64,000 nt of DNA from Octopus sinensis (taxonomy: Eukaryota): contig NC_043014.1 of NCBI RefSeq assembly GCF_006345805.1, forward strand, positions 14,260,001 through 14,324,000, read 5' to 3'. The notes below the pieces were generated by a model, which was not told the origin of the DNA, did not search any database, and saw only the letters and a list, made by a program, of their open reading frames with translations. This document shows positions 35,480-48,145 of the stretch, piece by piece. Each line of letters starts with the position of its first letter. The stretch's first letter is position 1. The translations under genes and the position numbers were made by a program.

Positions 35480-37725
35480 TGCTAGATGTGTCTGGTACTA
35501 AGGAGGTATATCCGGGCTGTCGGCGGCCAGTGGTTCGAAATTTATCAGAAGTGTGTACTTCTGGTGACAGCAATACGATATCTCATATTTTTTGTTGATG
35601 GCTACTGCGGGTTGGTTGATGATATGCAGTTTTTTTTTGCGGAGGCACAGCTGGAAATTAGGGGTGCCGAGTGAATACAGTGGCGCCCTGTCTATAATAG
35701 TCCACTTGATGCTGGGTGTTTCGTCTCGGAGTTCACGAAGTCTCCAGAGAAAGCGCGACAGGGAAGTTGAGTTCTCTCTGTCTCTGGATCTAAATGAATG
35801 CAAGTGCTGGGAGTATCTTCTCTTGAAGTCATTGCCTGTCATGCTCGAACAGTGCTTAGTAATGACATCAGATGGTGTAAGGGTGGCTCTGTATGCTACT
35901 GCCCTTGAGAGGCAGGTTCATCCTAGAGGGCAGGTGGTAGGGTTTCGGAAGTTGCAGGTTGGGGTTGGAGGCTGTGTGGATGCGTTTTACGTCCGTTGAT
36001 GCGTGCGATGTTAGATGCGATGCTGTCTAAGCAGGAGTAGCTTCCCTTGACATTATAGGGGTTGAAGAGTTTGTAATACTTATGGCCTTTGGGGAAATGT
36101 TTCTTTCAGGAAGCCCCTGGCTACGTTGGTAGAAACCTCTAGGTTATATGGAGGGCTATACCAGATTATTTTCCTGTTCCTAATTCTCTTGGGATGAGGA
36201 AAGGGGTTCGTCCACATACGTGAGCTTCTCAGAAAATCTGCTCCTAACCAAATCATCGTTGTAGTGGTGGGCGGCCCTATTAAAGATCTCCATGTTGGTT
36301 GAGAGTTTTGACTCCCGTTTGCTAATACCTGAAACCAGGTTTCTAATTACAGTGGGGGTGGGGTTGTGCTCTTGCAGATATATACCTATTTCTTTATTAC
36401 CCATAAGGGGATAAACATAGAGGGGACAAACAAGGACAGACATAGGTATTAAGTCAATTACATCGACCCCAGTGCATAACTGGTACTTAATTTATCGACC
36501 CCGAAAGGATGAAAGGCAAAGTCGACCTCGGCGGAATTTGAACTCAGAACGTAAAGACAGACGAAATACCGCTAAGTATTTCGCCCGGCGCGCTAACGTT
36601 TCTGCCAGCTATTGAGATTTTATAACTTTCTACCTTGTTTAATGTAAACATATTGTCACTGAATACGATACAATCAGACAGCTTGCTAAGCATTTCGCCT
36701 GGCATGCTAACATTTCTGCCAGCTCACCACCTTATATCTTGCGGATATATACCGTTTCTTCATTATGCTTCATGTAGAGGTAGTATTTGCCCATGTTCAG
36801 GTCTAAGGTTATGTCCAAAAAATCGAATATATGTTGGTAGTAACCCTCATGGACAGGCCGAACTCTTTGAATATTTTTATCAAGTCCTTCCTGAACCTGT
36901 CTATGGCGTGGCCATTCATATGGCTTGAGATAGCCAGGCCATCATCCCTATAGATGGCCGACCTATGTAGGTGGTTACGTCTCTTGAGGGTATCCAAAAT
37001 GTATAACCCGACGAGATCGGCGATTTCAGCCCCGTCAAAGCTCCCCATAGAGACATCAAACAATGGATCGCCTTCTTTCTTCACCCAGAAGGAATCGTCA
37101 TGGATCACAATTGACTTTCTAACATTCACGATGATTCTGATATCAAGATCACTCATGTTGGCGTATTGCTCAGCAAAAGCCAGGGCCTTCAGGAGGAAAA
37201 GCTTAGATATGGATGAGTAGAAGTCAATCATGTCGAACTGGGTGAATTTGCAGACTGATTTATTCTCGATACCGCGGAACCAGTCTATCACAGCTGCGCT
37301 GGAGTTCCATTGAGTCAACCCTGCAGCCCTTCTGATGTCAGAGTTGATAGTATCAAGAATTCGCTTGCTAATGATACCTATCTCGCTTTTAGAGGGGTTG
37401 ATCAACCTGCATTTGGGGTTGGGATGGAAATTTGGCTTATGGTCTTTAAGTGTAATATGGTGGTGGGGATAGAGGTCGTGTGTGGGGTCTTTATATTTTT
37501 GTGTGTCTTTGTATCTGGATGTTTCGTCTCGGAGTTAACGAAGTCTCGAGAGAAAGCGCGACAGGGAAGTGGAGTTCTCTCTGCCTCTGGATCTAAATGA
37601 ATGCAAGTGCTGGTAGTATCTTCTCTTGAAGTCATAGCCTGTCATGCACGAACGGTGCTTAGTAATGACATCAGATGGTGTAAGGTTGGCTCTGTTTGCT
37701 ACTGCCCTTGAGAGGCAGGTACATC
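35480..37725 (-). mobile_element. Penelope-like retroelement (RT plus C-terminal GIY-YIG), decayed, with upstream partial-tandem copy
   Basis: TLKDHKPNF..NPKCRLINPSKSEIG; FDVSMGSFDGAEIADLVGLYIL; YRDDGL; IIWYSPPY; MTGNDFKRRY...TSLSRFLW.L; SINE D inserted at 36385-36730; 37520-37725 duplicates 35720-35922. Confidence 0.92.
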
Positions 37726-37954
37726 GCTTGAAAACCGATATTGATGTGTTTATGTCCCCGAAACTTAGCGGTTCGGCAAAGCGACCGATAGAATAAGTAC
37801 TAGGTTTGCAAAGAATAGGTCCCGGGGTTGATTTATTCGGCTAAAACTCTTTAAGGCGCTGCTGTAGTATGGTCGCAGTCAAATGACAGAAACGTGTAAA
37901 AGAATATATGGATATATGTATGTTTTATGCTTGTGTATGTGTGTGTTTTGTAAG

Positions 37955-38240
37955 TACATATGAGAGTGTGCCAGGTCACTTTTGGTGCTGTTGGTAAATA
38001 TGTAACCCAGCACAACCTGTTGTCTGGTCGGTTCGTCGGCGACTAAACTGGCAATCCTACCAAGCCTGATTGATGAGGAGGGGCGGTTTTCGTTGGACAC
38101 TTGGCACGATGAGAAACAAAAACTGTCAAAGGGCGAATGAATTCAGTAGAGTCAACGGCCATCTAACAGCTGTGAGTGCGTAGGGTACTCTAGTCTTTAT
38201 TTAGACATATCTCAAGAAGGAAAACTCTGCTATAATTCCT
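37955..38240 (+). mobile_element. RTE-like 5'UTR fragment
   Basis: Homologous to 61940-62310; contains the gaagg(a/t)aactc motif typical of RTE 5' regions. Confidence 0.55.
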
Positions 38241-38589
38241 TCGACTTCGTTTGCATCCAATGGTGTAAACTAGTTCTTCTTTTTGGACAAATGCATACGT
38301 TGTTTAGAGAATGGGTTTGGTCCTCTGCAAGGCCTTTCCTCTGTTTGTAACGCTTCAGGTACATGTATCGTCTGATACTCTTTTACTCTTATACTTGTTT
38401 CAGTCATTTGACTGAGGCCATACTGGAGCATCGCCTTTAGTCGAGCAAATCGACCCCAGAACTTATTCTTTGTAAGCCTAGTACTTATTCTATCGGTATC
38501 TTATGCCGAATCGCTAAGTTACGGGGACATAAACATACCTGTATCGGTTGTCAAGCGAGGTTGGGGGGACGAACACAGGCACACACACG

Positions 38590-38638
<49 letters not shown>

Positions 38639-39643
38639 TTACATATACACGACGGGCTTCTTTCAGTTTCCGTCTACCAAATCCACTCACAAGGCTTTGG
38701 TCGGCCCGAGGCTATAGTAAAAGACACTTGCCCAGGGTGCCACGCAGTGGGACTGAACCTGGAACCATGTGGCTGGTAAGCAAGCTACGTACCACACAGC
38801 CACTCGTTTAACATTTCTGTTGTACAATATAGATGGCCGTAGCCGAGAAAAGCAAAATATCTAATGACAATTTCCATGATAGAATGAAGGTGTGTGTCAG
38901 TGTGAGAGGTAAGCTTTCCGAACACTTCCTGCAAGAGGCACCTATCGTTGTCACATCTGTGCGAAAGAGTATAAGTGTCTAGCAGGAGTTTAAGGGAAAT
39001 TGAGTTACAGTCATCACATATGCACGTATTTATGTATGTATAAACAGTGAAATTACAATAATAAACAAGGCAACAATAACGTTCTTTCAACGATTATCCA
39101 GAGATGATTCTTAAAATGAGAATATCTGAAATAAACTCAACTGCTCTCACAAACGAAAATACTAAAAACGAACCCGATCGCTCACAAACTGGAAAAATAA
39201 TCCAGAATCCTTGCCCGGTACCAGATCTATCCCAAAATCTAATCAGTTCCTACCAGTAACGAGGTCAAATATCCCTGAAGGTTTCATCCGAATCCATCAA
39301 GCGGTTCTTGAGATATCTTGTCCAAAAAAAAACAAACACGACTGAAAACAATACCTCCGCCTTAGAGATTCCTCCGCATTGGAGATTCAGCGTGACACAA
39401 AATGTGACAAGGCTGGCCCTTTGAAATACAAGTACAACAGAAATAGGAAGAAAGAGGGAGAGAAAGTTGTGGTGTAAGAGTACAGCAGGGTTCACCATCA
39501 CCCCCTGCCGGAGCCACATGGAGCTTTAGGTGTTTTCGCTCAATAAACACCCTAAATGCCCGGTCTGGGAATCGAAACCGCGATCCTACGACCGCGAGTC
39601 CGCTGCCCTAACCACTGGGCCTCCACAGAGTATACATTACAGG

Positions 39644-39710
<67 letters not shown>

Positions 39711-39730
39711 CATATATATATATATATAAT

Positions 39731-39772
<42 letters not shown>

Positions 39773-40511
39773 CATATATATACGACAGGCTTCTGTCGTA
39801 TATGTGGTTGGTTAGCAAGCTACTTACCACACAGCCACTCCTGGTACCACACAGCCACTAACTGGTACTTAATTTATCGACCCCGAAAGGATGAAAGGCA
39901 AAGTCAACCTTGGCGGAATTTGAACTCACGTCTGCGTTACGTTGTGAGTTCAAATTCCGCCAAGGTTGACTTTGCCTTTCATCCCTTCGGGGTCGATAAA
40001 TTAAGTACCAGTTACGCACTGGGGTCGATGTAATCGACTTAATACCTATGTCTGTCCTTGTTTGTCCCCTCTGTGTTTAGCCCCTTGTGGGTAATAAAGA
40101 AATAGGAACATAAACCAATCTCGGAATGATGGCAGGTGAAGTCGACCTCAGTGGGGACGTGATTTGAACGTAGAGTCATTACTAAATAAAAATACTGAGT
40201 ATTTTTGTCAGACGTTTTAACGATTCCGACAAACCAAAACCAATTCCTACGCAACGAGGTTTCAAGATAACAACTTAAAAAGAAAAAAAAAATGACAGTT
40301 GTTAGGCGCAGGAGTGGCTGTGTGGTAAGTAGCTTGCTAACCAACCACATGGTTCCGGGTTCAGTCCCACTGCGTGGCACCTTGGGCAAGTGTCTTCTGC
40401 TATAGCCTCGGGCCGACCAATGCCTTGTGAGTGGATTTGGTAGACAGAACTGAAAGATCCTGTCGTATATGTATGTATATATATATATATATATATATAA
40501 TATAATATATG

Positions 40512-40544
<33 letters not shown>

Positions 40545-41180
40545 TGTGTCTGTGTTTGTCCCCCTTGCATTGCTTGACAACCGATGCTGGTGTGTTTATG
40601 CCCCGTTACTTAGCGGTTCGGCAAAAGAGACCGATAGAATAAGTACTGGGCTTACAAAAAGAATAAGTCCCGGGGGTCGAGTTGCTCGATTAAAAGGCGG
40701 TGCTCCAGCATGGCCGCAGTCAAATGACTGAAAACAAGTAAAAGAGTAAAAGAGAGAGAGTAAAAGAGAGAGTTGTGTGTAGTTTGGGAGAGATTTGGTT
40801 GCTATTTCTAGTAGGTCTGGCGGCGACATCGGGGCTCTCTCGATGCTAAATGGTGAAATGGTTCCCGTTGCTGTTTATTGATTAATTTCATTCCTGTAAT
40901 AGTTGAGTGGCATCCAAGGTGAGTGGAGTGTCTTGTAGTCTTTCTGACTATTGATGGAGTATATAGGAGAATTAAGAAAAAGAAGAAAAACTAAGTAAAT
41001 GAGCAGATTCAGATGATGGCGAGGGCGCAGTTACGCGGTATTCCTTCTTTCCCTCCATCCTTTCTTTCTTTCGTGTTTTTTCGTTCGTATTTTCTTTCCC
41101 CTTTTTTTTCTGTGTGTTCCGTTTCAATTAAAAGCCTAAAACAGCGTGATACATATACGTATAAGTACGCCATAACCATT

Positions 41181-41460
41181 TGCACACGCGCGCGCACACA
41201 CGCACGCACGCGCACACACGCACGCACGCGCACACACGCACGCACGCGCACACACGCACGCACGCGCACACACGCACGCACGCGCACACACGCACGCACG
41301 CGCACACACGCACGCACGCGCACACACGCACGCACGCGCACACACGCACGCACGCGCCACTCAGCACGCACGCACGCGCACACACGCACGCGCACACACC
41401 ACGCACGCGCACACACTCACGCACGCGCACGCACGTACGCACGCGCACACGCCGCGCGCG
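41181..41460. repeat. 18-bp alternating purine-pyrimidine minisatellite (CGCACACACGCACGCACG)n
   Basis: About 9 near-perfect units plus degenerate flanks. Confidence 0.95.
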
Positions 41461-41623
41461 TTTCGTTTCCCACACGCATTCTCTGACTCACACACGCACA
41501 CGTGTATGTGTGTGAGATAATGCGTATGCGTAGCGTGATAATGCTTGTATGTATGTATATATGTATATAATATATACATATATATATATATATGTATGTA
41601 TTATAGACACATAAATAACATAC

Positions 41624-41684
<61 letters not shown>

Positions 41685-41736
41685 CAATATATATATATAT
41701 ATTATGTATGTATATAGACACTAAATACATACATAC

Positions 41737-41786
<50 letters not shown>

Positions 41787-41802
41787 ATATATATATATAT
41801 AT

Positions 41803-41851
<49 letters not shown>

Positions 41852-41870
41852 ATTATAGACACATAAATAC

Positions 41871-41924
<54 letters not shown>

Positions 41925-42129
41925 TATATATATATATGTGTGTGTGTGTGTGGGTGTGTGTTGCATATACACATGTACATATATATGTATATATATGTTT
42001 TGAAATACACACACACACACATATACACACACAAGCACATACACCCACCTCGGCCCCCATTCATATACACACTAGCACAAACTCCCAAATAGACACACAT
42101 TCGTCTTTACAAGTAAGTATCTCATAATA

Positions 42130-42526
42130 TATACGCACGCCCGAGCATTTGCGCGTTCACACACTCGGCTGCGTTAACTGGCGCAGTGCGCATAGTTATT
42201 TCACAAACGGACATTAATGGCAAACATCACCGTTTTATACACTTTTGTGCATTTTTTGTGCATATCTGCGGCCTCGGCAAGAATACCAAGTGGCCACTGT
42301 CCAAATTAGAACACCGAACACCGAACACCATCACCTTAACTCATTCTATCCAGGACTTTCAGGAGACCACCGGAAGTGAAGTAAATCGAGTTTTTATCGC
42401 CACCATTACTAACGACATCAACACCACCACTACCGTCACCATCGCTATTATTAATTATTATTATTATTAGTGTTCGTACAATTGTTATAATTGCCGGGAT
42501 TTTAATTCCTGCTCTTTGAGGTAAGT
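42130..42526 (+). promoter_or_regulatory. Possible promoter or first exon: CpG-richer patch, ETS site and strong donor
   Basis: CCGGAAGTG at 42370-42378; GAG|GTAAGT at 42520/42521; no partner exon identified. Confidence 0.3.
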
Positions 42527-42584
42527 CAGTAAAGTTTTCTTTGTTTTAATATAGTCTTCTTTTCCTTGCATTCCTCCTCTTCCT

Positions 42585-42614
42585 CCACCCCTCCTCCTCC
42601 TCCTCCTCCTCCTC

Positions 42615-42650
<36 letters not shown>

Positions 42651-42700
42651 TACTACTACTACTACTGCTACCACCACCATCACCGCCGCCGCCGCCGCTG

Positions 42701-42783
<83 letters not shown>

Positions 42784-42785
42784 TC
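42585..42785. repeat. Compound triplet microsatellite (CCT)n(CTA)n(CCG)n
   Basis: Directly visible. Confidence 0.95.
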
Positions 42786-43202
42786 AAACGATTTGATAGT
42801 TTTTTTGTGGTGAGTTGGTTCCCTCTTTTCATTTACAGTCTTTTCTCTCCCCACCTCTGCTTACATAACAACACACACCACAAATACACCCACACATGTA
42901 CACATACACACACACACATAGATATATGGGAACAGTGGATAAATTGTACCTTATTTCAGTACCTCTCGCAAACACACACACACACATACAGAAGCACAAA
43001 GACAGAGAGAGGGAGGGGGGGGGCGGACTCAATATATTTTTGTAGAGTAAGATTTATGGTGGGAATTCAAAGATTACTGTCTGTGGCACACAAGTAACCA
43101 GTAGTTTAGTTTTGTATGGAATTGTAGGTTTTGAAACTAGTTTGAAGATCCACAAAACAGAAAGAAACTACTTATCACTGTGATGCAGTGAACTAAGTAT
43201 AC

Positions 43203-43288
<86 letters not shown>

Positions 43289-43429
43289 TCATGCAACGTG
43301 CGTGCAACTTACAACACACTACATAATACATACATACATACATACATACTAATATATATAATATATATAATATATATATATAATATATATATATATGTCT
43401 TCCCTTCCTTGGACCTTTCTTTTTCTATG

Positions 43430-43462
43430 TTTTTGACGAGAGCTCCGCTCGAAACGTTAAAT
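43430..43462 (+). ncRNA. Hammerhead-like motif, C3U variant
   Basis: guuu UUGACGA GAGC ucc GCUC GAAA cgU U aaau. Confidence 0.5.
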
Positions 43463-43946
43463 CCTCCTTCTTTCTTTTCTTTCCTGAGCGTCCAATAACA
43501 CTATACTTGTTCCACGTCCTCGCGTTGTTGTGTTTTCTCTTTGTGTTTGGATTAACTATATATATATTTGTATGTATGTATGTATGTATGTATGTATGTA
43601 TGTATGTATGTATGTATGTATGTATGTATGTATGTGTGAGACTAACCAATCTACCACAATCAAACCTCTGTTCAGCGAATTTACCAATGCAAGAACAAAA
43701 TTTCAATGAAAGAATTACCATTGTGTTCACATTACCATCACATATGTATCAATCATTTTTGTATCCTAACCGATGCATCTATCTATACTCGCATTCGGAA
43801 GCAATTTACTTACTCTAGTAAATCGAAACGATCGTAAATTCCGCCCTCATCTCTGCTTCTTACTTTTTTGTTACCTATTTAATTAAAGACATGCCAGCGT
43901 AATCCATGTAATCTCCCATTGTTATTATACCCATTTTCTTCTCTCT

Positions 43947-43980
<34 letters not shown>

Positions 43981-44509
43981 GGCCCGGGTTGATTCGGGTA
44001 ACCACAGTAAATAAGGTACTCATACATAGCAGAGTAAATTAATTTATTATAGAAGGGCTTTCTACAGGACTAGATGTTTCATTCAAGAGAAATCTTCAGG
44101 AAGCTAGTTAACAAGAATTGTAATTTGCATTTATACATTAGGCAGGTTTAAAGGGGTGTTTGGTGGGGGACTTTTTGGGGGTAGGCATAGCGCAAAAATC
44201 ATACTTGGGGAGTGGTCAAGGATAGTGTTAATAGATAGGAGATAAAAAAAAAAAATAAAAAAAAAAAAATAAAAAATAAAAAAAAAATAAAAAAAAAAAA
44301 ATAAAAAATAAAAAATAAGATATATAAAAAATATAAAACATAAAAAAATAAAAAATATAAAAAATAAAACTAAAAAAATAAAAAATATAAAAATATATAT
44401 ATATATTGATAAAATTGTAAGACAACAAAAGAATGAAAGAGGCCTCGATATTATGTAAATAGAGGAATTTATCTGTAAATGTAATATGTGACAATTATTC
44501 GGCAGCCAT

Positions 44510-44570
44510 GATAAAACTCCGAGTTTCGGATGCCGGGGTGGAAATCCACACCGCCATCTCTTCAGTTATC
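44510..44570 (-). ncRNA. Type I hammerhead ribozyme-like motif with long helix II
   Basis: gauaa CUGAAGA [14-bp helix II, 2 mismatches] c GAAA cuc g gagU U uuauc; helix I 5/5 paired. Confidence 0.7.
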
Positions 44571-46510
44571 CGACAATCGGAAAAAATGCTATGAAAAAAT
44601 ATATATATGTGCACACATATATAATTGCATACACATATGCATGTATGCATACATCTTACACGCATAAGTACGAATATAAATATTTATATATAGACATATA
44701 TGTACGCACACACACGTACGTTTATATACACGCACGCTCACACGCTCATACGCACACATACACACACGTACACAAACACCGTATTTATCGGTGTATAAAT
44801 CGCACACTTAATTTAATGTTAAATATAAGTACAAAAGTGTTACTTTCACATTCAGCTTTGCCCTGTGTATAAGCCAAACACAAGTTTTTTTTTTCTCAGT
44901 TAAACTCAAATATAAAATAGTGTGACTTACACACGAGTAAATAAGGTTTATAGACTAGCTATTTTAACCCATGGTTCGTGGTGGTGGTGTTTTTTGTGTG
45001 TTGTCTCCTTTTCCCTTTCTTCTTTTGTTCGTCTTCTTTGCCTGGTTCTTTTTATTGCCCTCTTCTTTACCCCCCTTTCCAAAATCCCCCAAATTTTTAC
45101 ACCCACAATTAAAGATAACCGCCTCTAGCCCCTGCAGCAAGAATGAAAAGCCACCATTATTCAAACAGCGCAACAAACCTGTCTATCCCATAAAATTTAA
45201 TTTTTCCCATATTCCTCACCTTGGCAACCAAACGGTAGCCCCGAGTGACTTGCAGCCCTGCTCACACCATTGCCCACCCCATTTTACCCCCAGTGTAAAT
45301 TTTGGTGCCAATCCGACCCCCCTTAAACCGTTCCCATCCAAAATGAGACAAATAACCAAGAAATCAAACAACTTTTTCGCATTTCAGTTTTATAGATATT
45401 GGTAAATTTGCAAACGTGTGTATAACTTTCATAGTGAGACAGTTTGTGCTTACTGTAAATAGCTCTCAGCATTTATTGTCTCTGTGGTCAGGAAAAGAGC
45501 AGCCGATCTCTGATGAAATGCAAATAAATGCTGAAACTAGCCAGATCAATGTTATTTTGAAAGCAACACGTAGAAAAGTTCGTGGGTTAAAGACAGAATC
45601 TATATCTTAGGCTGTAGCTAAAATGTTTTTTCACACACGTGTACAAACCCACGTATACATACACACACACACACACATACACACATGTATATTGCAGTTT
45701 CTGCTCCGTGAATCACTCCACCTAGCACCTCAAACTCTTCGGCTCGTTATAACACAGCGTGTCTATACTATCCGAACTTCGTAAGGGACAACGTTATGTC
45801 TTCTCATTACAGATACATACACTTTTCGGACTCAACACAACCCCACTTCCTTGTAACTGCTCCTCAGATTACACGTTCCTTCCCACAGTAAAATCGCTAA
45901 AAAAAAAGTGCTCAGCGGAGGAGTGGCTGTGTAGTAAGTAGCTTGCTTACGAACTACATGGTTCCGGGTTCAGTCCCCCTACGTGGCACCTTGGGCAAGT
46001 CTCTTATACTATATCCCCGGGCCGACCAAAGCCTTGTGAGTGGATTTGGTAGACAGAAACTGAAAGAAGCCCGTCCTATATGTGTATGTATGTGTGTCTG
46101 TTTGTCCCCCAACATCACTTGACAACCGATGCTGGTGTGTTTACGTCCCCGTAACTTAGCGGTTCGGCACAAGAGACCGATTGAATAAGTACTAGGCTTG
46201 CTAAGAATAAGTCCTGAGGTCGATTTGCTCGACTAAAGACGGTGCTCCAGCATGGCTACAGTAAAATGACTGAAACAAGTAAAAGAGTAAAAGAGTGAAT
46301 TTGCAGTTGGGAATGGAAAATCCAATGCTTCGTACACAATCCTTATATATGCACACACATATGATGCATTTTGTTTAACTACGGAAACTATTTGAACTGC
46401 GATGCAAAAACTACCACGTGGAAATTCATTTAGAAGTTACACACACACACACACATACACACCCAGCCACACATACACTCCCAGCCACACACACACACAC
46501 ACACACACAG

Positions 46511-46550
<40 letters not shown>

Positions 46551-48145
46551 ACACACCCAGCCACACACACGTATGCACACGCCATGAGGCACGATTCATT
46601 AATATGCTTAATTTCAAATTGTTGTGCAACAGGTGTGGGGACAATCTAAAATTATCATAGAATAGACGGGTTAGACATAGACACCTGATCAATTATTTCA
46701 GTGTCCCCTCATGGGCGCTCAATGTTGTCGATGAAAATACGTTTTAGCCAAATAGTAAATCAGTTTGTACGTCGCTATATATTGACATTTCCCGGTCATT
46801 TGTATAATTTACGCTAGTTAATCGGGTGGGTGGCTCTATTGTGTCCCCTTCTGGTGCAAAGTAGAAAGTATTTATATTTTTTTTTAATGTATCCTCGATA
46901 CAAACTCATGTTAATGGGAGCTGAATCAATTATACCTTGAACACGTTTCTTTACAAATTTGATGGGTTTTGATATAATAAAGGAGCCACTTTCACTAATT
47001 TCGTGGTTTTAATATAGTGAGGTGATACTATTAAATTTTTAGTTAATATATAGCGGCGAGCAGGCAGAATCGTTAGCACGGCGAGCAAAATGCTTTGCGG
47101 TATTTCGTTCGTCCTTATGTTTTGAGGTCAAATTTTGCCGAGGTCGTCTTTACCTTTCATCTTTTCAAGGTCGATAAATTAAGTACCAGTTACGCACTGG
47201 GGTCGATGTAATCGACTTAATCCGTTTGTCTGTCCTTGTTTGTCTTATCTGTGTTTAGCCCCTTGTGGGTAGTAAAGAAATAGGCATTTCGTTCGCCTTT
47301 ATGTTCGGAGTTCAAATTTTGCCGAGGTTATCTTTACCTTTCATCTTTTCAAGGTCGATAAATTAAGTACCAGTTGAGCACTGGGTTCGATGTAATTGAC
47401 TTAACATTGAAATTGCTGACATTGTGCCAAAATTTGAAATCAGTTTCTTAGTTAATTTAAAACCAATTTTAATAAAGGGAAGTATTGAAAGCGGCGAGCT
47501 GGCAGAAACGTTAGCCGTATTTCGCCTGCTGTTACGTTCTGATTTCAAATTCCGCCGACGTCGACTTTGCCTTTCATCCTTTCGGGGTCGATAAATTAAG
47601 TACCATTTACGCAGTGGAGTCGATGTAATCGATTTAATTCGTTTGCCTGTCCGTCCGTGTTTGTCCCCTCTATGTTTAGCCCCTAGAAGGCAATAAAAAA
47701 ATAAGAAACGTTAGCACGTAATCCCACTATGGTGAGGTAAACTTTCAGACCCTAGTCTAGATTGCGAATCCTCTGTACCCCAGGATGGTTCAGCTCTCCA
47801 CCCGTTAAAAGCCACCGTTTACGGAATGAAAATAACGTAGCTTTCGCGCCCGTGTAACCGCCATTCTATCGCGTGTGGTTGGTGGATCTTCAAGTTGCCA
47901 CACGCATTCTTAGTAGCTTAGAATAGGCTCTAATTAGAGATTATTCTTTGTGGCTAATGGCGTGAAGAAGAAGAAGAGAAAACCACAACAGAAAATGAAT
48001 AAATTTCTTTTTATTGTTTTTGTTTAGTTTTTATTATAACGATTTTGTTTTTATTTTGCAATGCAATCGCATCATTTTTATTAAGAACATTCTCTACTTT
48101 ACAGTTCGCGCTCAAATTTAAGTGACTGAAAGTTGTTATGCAATA

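Noticed and set aside
35400-35480. Possible SECIS or hammerhead at the PLE 3' end
   Set aside because: Core is ACGA rather than AUGA, helix pairing is poor, and the AA-to-GA spacing is too short.
44964-45176. ORF with CLNNGGFSFLL resembling SLC6 TM1-2 (CYKNGGGAFL)
   Set aside because: No GLGNVWRFPY upstream (stop in frame) and the downstream sequence is low complexity; judged coincidental.
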